From: a virus
Taxonomy: Duplodnaviria > Heunggongvirae > Uroviricota > Caudoviricetes
Virus record (IMG/VR): IMGVR_UViG_3300035703_000003
Reading direction: 5' to 3' (one strand)
Length of the DNA stretch: 64,000 nucleotides
Shown here: piece after piece, positions 56,257 through 64,000 of the stretch
Layout of the letters: every line of letters begins with the position of its first letter
How positions within the stretch are numbered: position 1 is the first letter of the stretch
Translations under genes and position numbers: made by a program
Notes under the pieces: model-generated
Databases searched by the model: none
The model's input: only the letters and a program-made list of their open reading frames with translations
Told to the model about the DNA's origin: nothing

Positions 56257-56296
56257 CTTACATTACGAATATAAAGTATGATGTCTTACTTGTCAA
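56257..56296 (-). promoter_or_regulatory. Early promoter with spacer box variant
   Basis: TTGACA-AGT-AAGACATCAT-ACTT-TATATT. Confidence 0.75.
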
Positions 56297-56757
56297 GTCT
56301 TTTTCTTGCCTAAATAGTCTTTTTCGGTATAAGTTTTTGCCATATGACACAACACACATAATGTATTAATATTATCTCCTGTGTCGGCGCCGCCTTGACT
56401 TTTTAGTTTAATATGATCTCCGTGCATTACGCCACGCATGGCACGAATTTTGTCATATTCGTTTTCTACATGTCCAAACCGTAATTCATCTTCACGTGGA
56501 TCGTAACCGCAATTTTTACAAATCCAACCACGATAAAATGTATAAGGGCGTTCTGGTTTACCCATCCCGCCGTATTCTACACATTCTAGTTGATGTTTAC
56601 GGCATAGCAAATTGCTACCGGGGCCGTCGTATGTGCTTAATGGTTCGCAACAATCTTCTAGCATACAAGTGGCCCCTCGGGCCACTTGCTCTTTAATTAC
56701 AGCATTACTTTTGCTTTGATCTTTTTTTAAGTCACGGATCGTAGCCATTAGTTCCAC
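56293..56757 (-). CDS. HNH endonuclease
   Basis: CKNC...DHIKLKSQGG...NINTLCVLCH. Confidence 0.85.
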   Translation of the reverse strand: MELMATIRDLKKDQSKSNAVIKEQVARGATCMLEDCCEPLSTYDGPGSNLLCRKHQLECVEYGGMGKPERPYTFYRGWICKNCGYDPREDELRFGHVENEYDKIRAMRGVMHGDHIKLKSQGGADTGDNINTLCVLCHMAKTYTEKDYLGKKKT

Positions 56758-57905
56758 AAGTCTGTTTCTGCTACAGTAAAACCGTTGTTAGGAATATACT
56801 TAGGTGTTGCTAGTTTAGTGCTCTTTTTAAGTTGAGCAATCAAAAACGGAATACCTGTCCGCATTTCTGTAGTAAATCCACGAACAATAACCTCGCCGTG
56901 TTCGTTAACATCGTCACTGTTTTCGTTTTTACTACGATACCAATTATTATACGCATTTTGCACTTTATTCCAAAACATGCCGTTTGGACTAAAGTCTGCT
57001 TCAAAGAACTCTTTGGTAAACGTAACAAACTCAGACATATACTTGTCGTTGACTTTGATATTTTGTTCATAACACAAGTTAAAGTATTCAAACAACTGAC
57101 GAGCCTCTTTTGCATCTACTGGGCGGTTTGCATTTAGCCGTGCCCAATAATCGCAAAACATACGAGTTACTTCCGGATTTTTACGGGTCTTTGCACTCTT
57201 ACTCATTAGTGTATCTGCAAGTAGGGTAAATGCGCCAGATTCATCCTCGTCGCCAAACTTACTGTTTGTAGCAAACAAATCTGCTGCAGCAAGATAATCG
57301 TTTTTTTGTGCAGCGTCCAACCATTCAGGATCATCAGCACCATCGACCTTAACACCGAACACCATTTGTTTATAAGTGTCAATGAAGTCGAGCGGTTCTT
57401 TTGCATCACCGTTGAGCAAAATAAAGTTACGACGAATTTCTAGTTTTTGACTTGTTGAGTATACAACAATTGGCACAATACACTTTGCTAGTCGTTCGCC
57501 ATATACAAGTGCAGCAATGATATATAAGGCTATCGCTGTATGCTGCCCGTCCCATGCTACGTATTTGCCGTCGCTATTTTGATAAACTTGCAACGACATA
57601 ACCATAGTTTCTCGGAAATTGTTAATGATATTGATAATATGTCGAATGTTCGGCTGTCGCTGCATACTTGTATCAACTAAGATACAGTCCAACGAAGATT
57701 CCAAACCTTTGCAGAGGTTAATGTCTGCAAACTTTCCCCAGTTTGGATTTCGACGTTTAAATTCGTCCACTGCTTGATCGAGTTGGACTTTAAAATGAGG
57801 CGCTTTATCTAGTGCTTCATTTAGACGCTGTTGAAGCGTTACGAAATTGGATTTGCTTGACTCGTATTCTTTGTTCACACGAGTAGCGTATGATAGTTCT
57901 GTCAT
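56748..57905 (-). CDS. ParB/Srx-like (DGQH motif) protein
   Basis: VDTSMQR and AWDGQHT motifs. Confidence 0.7.
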   Translation of the reverse strand: MTELSYATRVNKEYESSKSNFVTLQQRLNEALDKAPHFKVQLDQAVDEFKRRNPNWGKFADINLCKGLESSLDCILVDTSMQRQPNIRHIINIINNFRETMVMSLQVYQNSDGKYVAWDGQHTAIALYIIAALVYGERLAKCIVPIVVYSTSQKLEIRRNFILLNGDAKEPLDFIDTYKQMVFGVKVDGADDPEWLDAAQKNDYLAAADLFATNSKFGDEDESGAFTLLADTLMSKSAKTRKNPEVTRMFCDYWARLNANRPVDAKEARQLFEYFNLCYEQNIKVNDKYMSEFVTFTKEFFEADFSPNGMFWNKVQNAYNNWYRSKNENSDDVNEHGEVIVRGFTTEMRTGIPFLIAQLKKSTKLATPKYIPNNGFTVAETDLWN

Positions 57906-57969
57906 TTTAGTTTCTCCATTTTAACGGTCATCCTGACCTGTGGTTGCGAGCTTCTCTTGCTCAATTACT

Positions 57970-57998
57970 AATATAGCTTAACTTTATAGTTATGTCAA
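57970..57998 (-). promoter_or_regulatory. Sigma70-like promoter
   Basis: TTGACA-N17-TATATT. Confidence 0.7.
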
Positions 57999-58005
57999 CT
58001 ACTTT

Positions 58006-58362
58006 TTATCCCCAATCGAACAAATCTTTACCTGTAGCTACTGTTTCTTTCACAGTATTTTTTCGCATCTTAGATGCGGGATAATTTTTAGTCTTCGACA
58101 ATGATCTAACAGCACCTGCAATGATGCTCGGATATTCGCCTAAGAAACTGCCTGCTTCCAACATATCTTTTGAAAGCAAGTGTTTGTGATAATGTGCTAT
58201 GTTATCGAAATTTGCTAGTAACTGCTTAGACATACTGTCATACATAGCGTCACTAAGAATAGGATCATCCAACACATAGTATGCATATGATGCCATCAAA
58301 TACCACGGCACTAACATATTCTTATTGTCTGCTATGATCTTTGCAGCATAATCGTCATACAT
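58006..58362 (-). CDS. Stand-alone NAD-dependent DNA ligase domain Ia-like protein
   Basis: YAYYVLDDPILSDAMYD. Confidence 0.7.
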   Translation of the reverse strand: MYDDYAAKIIADNKNMLVPWYLMASYAYYVLDDPILSDAMYDSMSKQLLANFDNIAHYHKHLLSKDMLEAGSFLGEYPSIIAGAVRSLSKTKNYPASKMRKNTVKETVATGKDLFDWG

Positions 58363-58382
58363 CGTTTTAATCCGGTCATGTC

Positions 58383-58628
58383 TCAGATAGATTGAAACAA
58401 AAACTTGTATGCAGCAACATGCTCTGGACTTAGCTTAAACTTTGCATGTAAGTAATTCATATAATTTTCGTCTGTTTGCTCTTTATCTAAGTATACTATT
58501 GTAGCGTCATATTCTTTAAGAAATTTTCCTTTAGGATCACAACGCATCCAGTCTTGCAATGCAGTAAAAGGATCAACTATACCGTCGTTGTAATATACTG
58601 AAATGCTTATAGTATCAATACTCAACAC
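58383..58628 (-). CDS. Hypothetical protein
   Basis: Coupled ORF. Confidence 0.55.
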   Translation of the reverse strand: MLSIDTISISVYYNDGIVDPFTALQDWMRCDPKGKFLKEYDATIVYLDKEQTDENYMNYLHAKFKLSPEHVAAYKFLFQSI

Positions 58629-58861
58629 TTAACCCCGATACTAGTAAGCATCAGTTTTGCTACAGTAGTATCCATATCCTCACTCTCATCTTCTTCAATT
58701 GATGCCATGAGTGCTAGTCTAATAAGTGTTAGACATCGAGTCCGGACTCCTGGGGATTGTCTGTTAATCCACAAATGTAATTCTTCGTCTGTGTCGAGAC
58801 TCCACATATAGTCCAATAGCTTAACATCTTGCGGAGTTAGTCCTGGTATTTGAATTGTCAT
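58622..58861 (-). CDS. Hypothetical protein
   Basis: Coupled ORF. Confidence 0.65.
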   Translation of the reverse strand: MTIQIPGLTPQDVKLLDYMWSLDTDEELHLWINRQSPGVRTRCLTLIRLALMASIEEDESEDMDTTVAKLMLTSIGVKC

Positions 58862-59253
58862 ACTACAGTAAATCCTGTTCCTAGTAGGTCTTTGGCAAGC
58901 GAATTACGTTGTTCTAGTGACCAATTACCTTTAATAACGCCGTCGCCGCCTGCACATGCAGCATCAGTGACATCTTTCGATTCTTTAAGACCAAAGCCAG
59001 ACATGAATCTGATTGACTTGACGGCTTCGATAATCCTTACATCTTTACTGTTGTCACGACGAATTCTAATATTGCCAGACATTTCTCCGGTGATCAGACG
59101 AAACATCAGCTCATCACGAAGTTCAGGATCAAATGCATCCATCATTGCATAAACACGGTCAGCACCGAGATCGCCTGCCTCTTCTCGAGCAGTGCGAATA
59201 AACTCAAGTGCAAGAGTAGTTAGTTGGTCACTAAACCGGTATGTCATAATCAC
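58858..59253 (-). CDS. Ribosomal protein L7/L12 C-terminal domain-like protein
   Basis: IIEAVKSIRFMSGFGLKESKDVTD. Confidence 0.75.
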   Translation of the reverse strand: MIMTYRFSDQLTTLALEFIRTAREEAGDLGADRVYAMMDAFDPELRDELMFRLITGEMSGNIRIRRDNSKDVRIIEAVKSIRFMSGFGLKESKDVTDAACAGGDGVIKGNWSLEQRNSLAKDLLGTGFTVV

Positions 59254-59435
59254 GACTCCATGACGGGTTGCTGCCCGTCATTTTCCATCTCCGCCTCCTC
59301 CTCCTCTTCAATTTGACGAACTTTTGCTTCCAGTTGAGCAATATAGTGATCTAGTGCTTCCTGCATTGCAGATTCAGGAAGCTCGACAATATCGCCCAGC
59401 TTGTCGATGATTGCGATCAGTGTCAGGTAATGCAT
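59250..59435 (-). CDS. Small acidic protein
   Basis: GAGGGA RBS before MHYLT. Confidence 0.6.
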   Translation of the reverse strand: MHYLTLIAIIDKLGDIVELPESAMQEALDHYIAQLEAKVRQIEEEEEAEMENDGQQPVMES

Positions 59436-59506
59436 GGTGTCCCTCTTTGCGTTGTGTGTTAGTGGTAGCACATATGTTACAGCATGTCAAGCCAGTTTAT
59501 TGTATT

Positions 59507-59866
59507 TTACGACCCCATACAAAGAGTAAGCGAGCCGTCGTCTTCCATATGGAAGTCTTCGACAAAGGTGTGCCAGTCACCTTGTGCTTTAGCTTGTTGA
59601 TAGCAAGATTCTGCGGCACGCCAAAGGGCACGGACACCGCCGCTTTCTGCTACTGCCGACACAGTGATCCATTTTGCGGTCCCGTTCATCAACTCCTCTA
59701 TCGTAGCATCTTGAGAGATAAAGGAGTAGTTCACATTGCGGGGCTTATCAGTGAAGATTTTTGTATCTACGGATTGTGCTTCCCAAATGGACCAAACCGT
59801 TTCAACCCCAAGCTCAGCTTGGCAATCGGACCAGTATTTAACTTCGATCATTGCATCGGTTATCAT
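59507..59866 (-). CDS. Early hypothetical protein
   Basis: Start reassigned to MITDAM because a promoter and RBS lie in the tracked N-terminus. Confidence 0.7.
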   Translation of the reverse strand: MITDAMIEVKYWSDCQAELGVETVWSIWEAQSVDTKIFTDKPRNVNYSFISQDATIEELMNGTAKWITVSAVAESGGVRALWRAAESCYQQAKAQGDWHTFVEDFHMEDDGSLTLCMGS

Positions 59867-59882
59867 AGCTATCTCCCTCTGT

Positions 59883-59922
59883 CTACATTTATGAATATAG
59901 TGTATGAGTTCTTGCTTGTCAA
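59883..59922 (-). promoter_or_regulatory. Early promoter with spacer box variant
   Basis: TTGACA-AGC-AAGAACTCAT-ACAC-TATATT. Confidence 0.75.
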
Positions 59923-59925
59923 CCA

Positions 59926-60225
59926 TTATTTGTCTGTAGCTAGAACTACATCGTAACCTTGTAGCTTTAGTTGTATCATCTCGTCGTATGTAAGATAATT
60001 GTAATTAGGAAAGTATTCACGAGTAAGAGCAATCCAAAGATCATGTTGCCATTTCAACGGATCATTCGTTGCAATCTGAGACAAATTCGTTGCAATCTGA
60101 GACAATGGTTTTGTAACAATGTAACGTTTTCTGCCGGTTTTCTTTAGCATATCTTCGTTACGTTGTTTTAACCGTGATGCAAAGTTAGGTTCCCATTTAC
60201 GACTATGTTTATCCCATTTTGCCAT
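59926..60225 (-). CDS. Hypothetical protein ('QLKLQGY' family)
   Basis: Start MAKWD through a TAATG overlap. Confidence 0.65.
   Translation of the reverse strand: MAKWDKHSRKWEPNFASRLKQRNEDMLKKTGRKRYIVTKPLSQIATNLSQIATNDPLKWQHDLWIALTREYFPNYNYLTYDEMIQLKLQGYDVVLATDK
60064..60105. repeat. Perfect 21-bp tandem duplication
   Basis: attcgttgcaatctgagacaa x2, encoding LSQIATN twice. Confidence 0.9.
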
Positions 60226-60401
60226 TATAAGTGACTCCATACAAGTTTACAGTATACACCATCTTCGTAATTTTCAAACCAAATGGCGGTAAGGTTTTCT
60301 AATCGCCAACGCTTAGGTGGTCCGCCGTATGTTTCAAAAAGCCATGACACTAGGCTACAAAACTTTTCTTCTGATATTGGTTTTGTAAACTTTACTATCA
60401 T
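60225..60401 (-). CDS. Small protein (58 aa), 'FxxYxDxxxFKLxW' family
   Basis: Not in the track. Ends WFENYEDGVYCKLVWSHL. Confidence 0.65.
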   Translation of the reverse strand: MIVKFTKPISEEKFCSLVSWLFETYGGPPKRWRLENLTAIWFENYEDGVYCKLVWSHL

Positions 60402-60411
60402 AGCTTTTTAT

Positions 60412-60702
60412 TTAAAACAGTTGTTTATTTTTTACAGCTTGAATTCGTTCTTCCATAGTCATTGATTGTTGAACTGGCTGTCTGCCCCAGCGTCGTCGTT
60501 GATTTTCTTCGTAGGTTAGTTCTTTGCTGAGATACTCTCCACTCCAGCTATCAATTACATCTGCCATTTCTAACAGTGCTGCAATTACGCTGCTTTTGTC
60601 TCCCCACCCATGTTCTAAGTATGAATCAGATTGGCGAGCGTTGAGAAAGTCAGCACGTTCTCTCATCGCAGTTGATAAACTTTTTGGGTTGTTCATAGTC
60701 AA
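60412..60702 (-). CDS. Hypothetical protein
   Basis: ORF in a tight minus-strand array. Confidence 0.6.
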   Translation of the reverse strand: MTMNNPKSLSTAMRERADFLNARQSDSYLEHGWGDKSSVIAALLEMADVIDSWSGEYLSKELTYEENQRRRWGRQPVQQSMTMEERIQAVKNKQLF

Positions 60703-60711
60703 CTCGTGCTA

Positions 60712-60972
60712 CTAGACTGGTTGGACACTTTTGACATTTGCCACACGGAATGAACGCCATTCATTTTTATCTGTGCAATATACAACCATCACTTCTTCGT
60801 TAACAGCACGAACCTTTTTCTGTGATAGTGGGTCTTCTTTAACTGCAGGCGGAAGTAAATCTTCACGTAGTGTGCATGGCATAGTGCGCTCTGTTCCGTC
60901 TACTTTAGTAAACGTAACGTTATATACACCTGATTGTAGTTGTTCTGCTAGTTCTTGACGTGTTAGTAACAT
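60712..60972 (-). CDS. WYL_2/Sm-like SH3-barrel protein
   Basis: VTFTKVDGTERTMPCT...WRSFR. Confidence 0.75.
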   Translation of the reverse strand: MLLTRQELAEQLQSGVYNVTFTKVDGTERTMPCTLREDLLPPAVKEDPLSQKKVRAVNEEVMVVYCTDKNEWRSFRVANVKSVQPV

Positions 60973-60973
60973 G

Positions 60974-61264
60974 TTATATTCCTCTTGTTAATATTGTTAA
61001 TTTAAATTCAATCCCACGGTTGTATTCTGGGAATACAAGATAACGTTTTCCATTTTGTTGCACAACTGCTCCGCCTTGCTCCCATAACCAACCTTCAAAA
61101 TTTTGATTATATCCGGTTCTAGATACCCGTTGATATGATGTTTTGATTCCCCACTCACTCCAGTTGCGTCCTTCATGGTGTTGTTCAATTTTCCATATTC
61201 TATATACTTTGTCTAAATCATCTGGCTCTAGTGTAAACTGTTGATAGTTCATGATTGTTTCCAT
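60974..61264 (-). CDS. Hypothetical protein ('FKL' family)
   Basis: FPEYNRGIEFKLT. Confidence 0.6.
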   Translation of the reverse strand: METIMNYQQFTLEPDDLDKVYRIWKIEQHHEGRNWSEWGIKTSYQRVSRTGYNQNFEGWLWEQGGAVVQQNGKRYLVFPEYNRGIEFKLTILTRGI

Positions 61265-61473
61265 TTTAGTTTAAACGCTAAACTATCATTGTAGTCATTG
61301 AAGTAGTAACTTCCTACATAATCATAACCACTGACATCACTTGTATCTGCTACTTTATAAGTTACATAACTTTCACAACATTCAACTGCCCACTCGTGCA
61401 TGTTTTCAAACACTGCATACGGATCTGCCCATTCTATTCTATCACCTATGCTTATACGGTATGTCATGACCAA
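61249..61473 (-). CDS. Hypothetical protein ('FKLxW' family)
   Basis: FNDYNDSLAFKLKW. Confidence 0.65.
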   Translation of the reverse strand: MVMTYRISIGDRIEWADPYAVFENMHEWAVECCESYVTYKVADTSDVSGYDYVGSYYFNDYNDSLAFKLKWKQS

Positions 61474-61892
61474 ACTGTTTTAAATGTAATATAATCGTTG
61501 TAATCTTTAAACCCAAAAAATAGTTCGTCTGTACCACCTATGCCATTAGGCAGATATTGGCCTGCATGATCTTGTATTACTCGTTCCCAATGCCAACGAT
61601 ACTTATTGCGACAATTTTCCTTACACCATTCTTCAACCCGAGAGCCATTCCATACTTCTCCCCACATAGCATCAACTCTAGCTTCTAAATGTTTGTAGTT
61701 GACCACTGCTACATAAGGATAACCGAACAATTGATCTCTCACAGTGAGACCACGGATATTGAAGTCAGGATCGTTATAGCGTAGATAACTTTCCCAATGA
61801 TGATGTCCGCTCTTTTTAAGTATGCGGTCCCACTTCCACTCAAGAAACTTATACTTAATCGTCGTAATCGAAAACCATTTCAACAGTGTCAA
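61464..61892 (-). CDS. Hypothetical protein ('FKxxW' family)
   Basis: FKDYNDYITFKTVW. Confidence 0.65.
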   Translation of the reverse strand: MTLLKWFSITTIKYKFLEWKWDRILKKSGHHHWESYLRYNDPDFNIRGLTVRDQLFGYPYVAVVNYKHLEARVDAMWGEVWNGSRVEEWCKENCRNKYRWHWERVIQDHAGQYLPNGIGGTDELFFGFKDYNDYITFKTVWS

Positions 61893-62094
61893 TTTTATAG
61901 CCTTGTAATTTTAGCTGAACTAACTCAGTATGTGTTAGATATAAAAAATCATTTTTACCATCAGGTGATAGAACAAGATAACATCTACGCCTTCCTTTAG
62001 GACTAAACAAATCGTTGTGTCCGTAAGGATCTTTACTCTGTTTAAGTCGTTGTTCTAGACTTACTTCATACTTAGGTGCTCGATTTTTCTTCAT
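61855..62094 (-). CDS. Hypothetical protein ('QLKLQGY' family)
   Basis: ELVQLKLQGY. Confidence 0.6.
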   Translation of the reverse strand: MKKNRAPKYEVSLEQRLKQSKDPYGHNDLFSPKGRRRCYLVLSPDGKNDFLYLTHTELVQLKLQGYKIDTVEMVFDYDD

Positions 62095-62416
62095 TTACTG
62101 CATCAATTAGTTCTTGCGCCCGTTGCATTGACAAATAATAGTCGCTATACGGAACAGGTTTTCCTGTAAACAATATGCTAAACAATTCTTCGGCCGTTAT
62201 AGCAGGCGGATCTTTTCTAATATCCTTGATCGTTTCAAACCTGAAAGTCTTTTTATTCATCTTCCAAATACGATGAGACTGCCCGTCGAGATTTTCTTTA
62301 TTTTTTGCATCCTTATCAACAGGCATGAAATAGTATTCGTATCCGCTACGAGTTTTTACTTCGTAGTATTCAATATACAGCGTCACGAGTAGTGTACCAA
62401 GTTTACCAAACGCCAT
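62072..62416 (-). CDS. Hypothetical protein
   Basis: True start probably GTG near 62386. Confidence 0.6.
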   Translation of the reverse strand: MAFGKLGTLLVTLYIEYYEVKTRSGYEYYFMPVDKDAKNKENLDGQSHRIWKMNKKTFRFETIKDIRKDPPAITAEELFSILFTGKPVPYSDYYLSMQRAQELIDAVNEEKSST

Positions 62417-62760
62417 GGCTTTGAGTTAAGCCATTCAAAGTGTTCAGGATACAGTCGTTTAAACTTTGACATATAATCCCAACGCATTTGATCCAGCACA
62501 TTATGACTGATGTCAACTTCGTTTGAGTTAACCATTTCTCCCCAACGTGCATCGCCACTGTCATACAGACATTCTCCAAACACCATATACTTGCCCATCA
62601 TACCGTCCATAAGAACGTGTGCTTGAGCGTCTGCGGGTTCTTTGTTGTAGCCATAGGTATCGGTATTGGCTTCTTCTACAGCCTCGTAGGCATCGTAGAA
62701 CTCATTATTCCACTCAGTGCGAACACCCCAATAGCTATAGACGTGAACGTTAATTCCCAT
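62383..62760 (-). CDS. Hypothetical protein
   Basis: Coupled ORF. Confidence 0.7.
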   Translation of the reverse strand: MGINVHVYSYWGVRTEWNNEFYDAYEAVEEANTDTYGYNKEPADAQAHVLMDGMMGKYMVFGECLYDSGDARWGEMVNSNEVDISHNVLDQMRWDYMSKFKRLYPEHFEWLNSKPWRLVNLVHYS

Positions 62761-63182
62761 TAGAAAGCCACCTCATCATCTTCATAACGTTCTTTTAACT
62801 CCAAATACAGATCGTATTCGTTGTCGTTTTCGTATTTTGCTTTAAGTTTCAAAAATAGTTCGTAATCTCGATCTGGGCCGATTTCAGCAACCGGTTGTTC
62901 TCGATTTTCATAACGCTGTTTTGCATCTTCGATTACGGTATTGTAGTTACCTTTGATGGGATCACCCATCCATGTTAGGGTAGCAGTGTGCTCAGTGACT
63001 GGCGCCCAATCGATACGTTCTTGACCAGCGCCTTCGTATGCTTTAAGACTTTGATTCTCGGTGTTGTAAACTAAGTGCCAGCAACCATTTTCGACCCAGC
63101 CTCTCCATACCCCATCTTTAAAAGATACATCTGAGCAGTATAGCCAGCCGTGATCGTCGAATAGAAATACTTTGCCAGTCAT
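62760..63182 (-). CDS. Hypothetical protein
   Basis: C-terminal duplicated Y[ED]L[FY]LxLKx[KR]YE. Confidence 0.7.
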   Translation of the reverse strand: MTGKVFLFDDHGWLYCSDVSFKDGVWRGWVENGCWHLVYNTENQSLKAYEGAGQERIDWAPVTEHTATLTWMGDPIKGNYNTVIEDAKQRYENREQPVAEIGPDRDYELFLKLKAKYENDNEYDLYLELKERYEDDEVAF

Positions 63183-63619
63183 TGATACTTTGTGCTTTCT
63201 CGTTTACTTACTAGTTTGTGGTTTTTGCAGTCTTCAATAAAGACATTGAAATTTGCACTGTCTCTATTAACTGTGTAACATATCTGCCCACCAAAGTAAA
63301 CCAGAAATTCTCGAGTAGTGTAACATTCTAGAACAATAGTATATGCAGTAGTCATAGCAGCGCCACCCATGCCGCCATGCCCTAGCGCAGTGCTACCCCA
63401 TGTTTGAGGGAACATAGCATACACACCAAAGTCTCTAGTAGTAGGACGACGAAGTGCTTTTACTGTAGCACTCATGCTTGCTCGCTTTTCTTCGGCGGTT
63501 CTAGCATTGCGAACAGCATCGTAGTCCATTCGTTCGTATTCAATGTCTGAGAAGCCCACATACTGAGCGTGGGCGATGCAGTCTGCTAGATCTGTAATTG
63601 GATTTTCTACATACATCAT
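63179..63619 (-). CDS. Conserved-type phage hypothetical protein
   Basis: FPQTWGSTALG...AMTTAYT. Confidence 0.75.
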   Translation of the reverse strand: MMYVENPITDLADCIAHAQYVGFSDIEYERMDYDAVRNARTAEEKRASMSATVKALRRPTTRDFGVYAMFPQTWGSTALGHGGMGGAAMTTAYTIVLECYTTREFLVYFGGQICYTVNRDSANFNVFIEDCKNHKLVSKRESTKYQ

Positions 63620-63978
63620 TCTCTCGATTCTCTAAGATTCTGAATATACTTTTCCGCTTCTTCACGTGTTGTAAACCAGTCTTTGAAATCCTCAGGCCAT
63701 GAGGGTTCAGTTTCGCCGTGAATTTGCCCGTCAGGATAACGGAAGTGATATTCGTCTAGACGATCTTCATCGAATCGAACTTCACCTTCTTCTACAAATG
63801 TTACTTTGCCACAATATTCACGTTCTTCAATCAAATATACCCAAGTATCTTTATCATAACGGAACCATTCGACTCCGTCTGCATCCACCATTCTAATTTT
63901 AGCTTTAATAAATCTGTTATTTTCTTCTTTAACAACATATACTTTGTCGCCGAATGTTAGTTCTTCAAATTCTACCAT
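63616..63978 (-). CDS. Hypothetical protein
   Basis: GAGG RBS. Confidence 0.7.
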   Translation of the reverse strand: MVEFEELTFGDKVYVVKEENNRFIKAKIRMVDADGVEWFRYDKDTWVYLIEEREYCGKVTFVEEGEVRFDEDRLDEYHFRYPDGQIHGETEPSWPEDFKDWFTTREEAEKYIQNLRESRE

Positions 63979-64000
63979 TTAATAATTCCTCTTAATATCT

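Noticed and set aside
59411-59956. 181-aa plus-strand ORF and other plus-strand ORFs in the track
   Set aside because: They fully overlap better-supported minus-strand genes and promoters. Only 24125-25201 and phoH are credible on the plus strand.
1-64000. Alternative genetic code (stop recoding)
   Set aside because: Conserved genes translate full length and tile densely under the standard code. TAG and TGA both occur as stops.
1-64000. tRNA/rRNA genes, integrase or IS elements
   Set aside because: Intergenic gaps are short and explained by promoters, terminators or small ORFs. I recognised no cloverleaf or transposase motif by eye; tRNAscan was not run.

Overview
This AT-rich window is densely coding, almost entirely on the minus strand, and looks like a large T4-like/jumbo tailed phage (myovirus-type). 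The host is probably an alphaproteobacterium, inferred from the ODC, Pal, HiPIP and RpoD-like sequences. From left to right it contains: (i) 1-14.6 kb, an apparent operon that couples a family-B DNA polymerase and sliding clamp to a 7-deazaguanine-type DNA-modification cluster (DpdA/TGT-like, FolE, QueD-like). The cluster also holds a glycosyltransferase, a cytidylyltransferase, ornithine decarboxylase and two oxidoreductases. (ii) 14.7-18.2 kb, a GH19 endolysin/holin pair and an unannotated metallothionein-like peptide. (iii) 18.2-33 kb, a late cluster of about 12 unrelated proteins that share a short N-terminal tag (approx. M[RK][LIFV]x[ED][LI]xE). The tag resembles the T4 capsid-targeting sequence. 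Internal [ILV]xE linkers separate modules such as HiPIP, sigma70 region 4, HAD, a nucleotidyltransferase, ParB-like, lysozyme and PG-binding domains. This putative virion-packaged, protease-processed cargo system is the most striking feature. (iv) 33-49.5 kb, structural genes, UvsE, ClpA, DnaJ, spanins, IF-1 and PhoH. (v) 49.5-64 kb, small early genes behind sigma70-type promoters, several carrying a palindromic AAGA-N2-TCTT box at a fixed position in the spacer. I saw no tRNA, rRNA or CRISPR array. All family assignments come from motif recognition by eye, not database searches.
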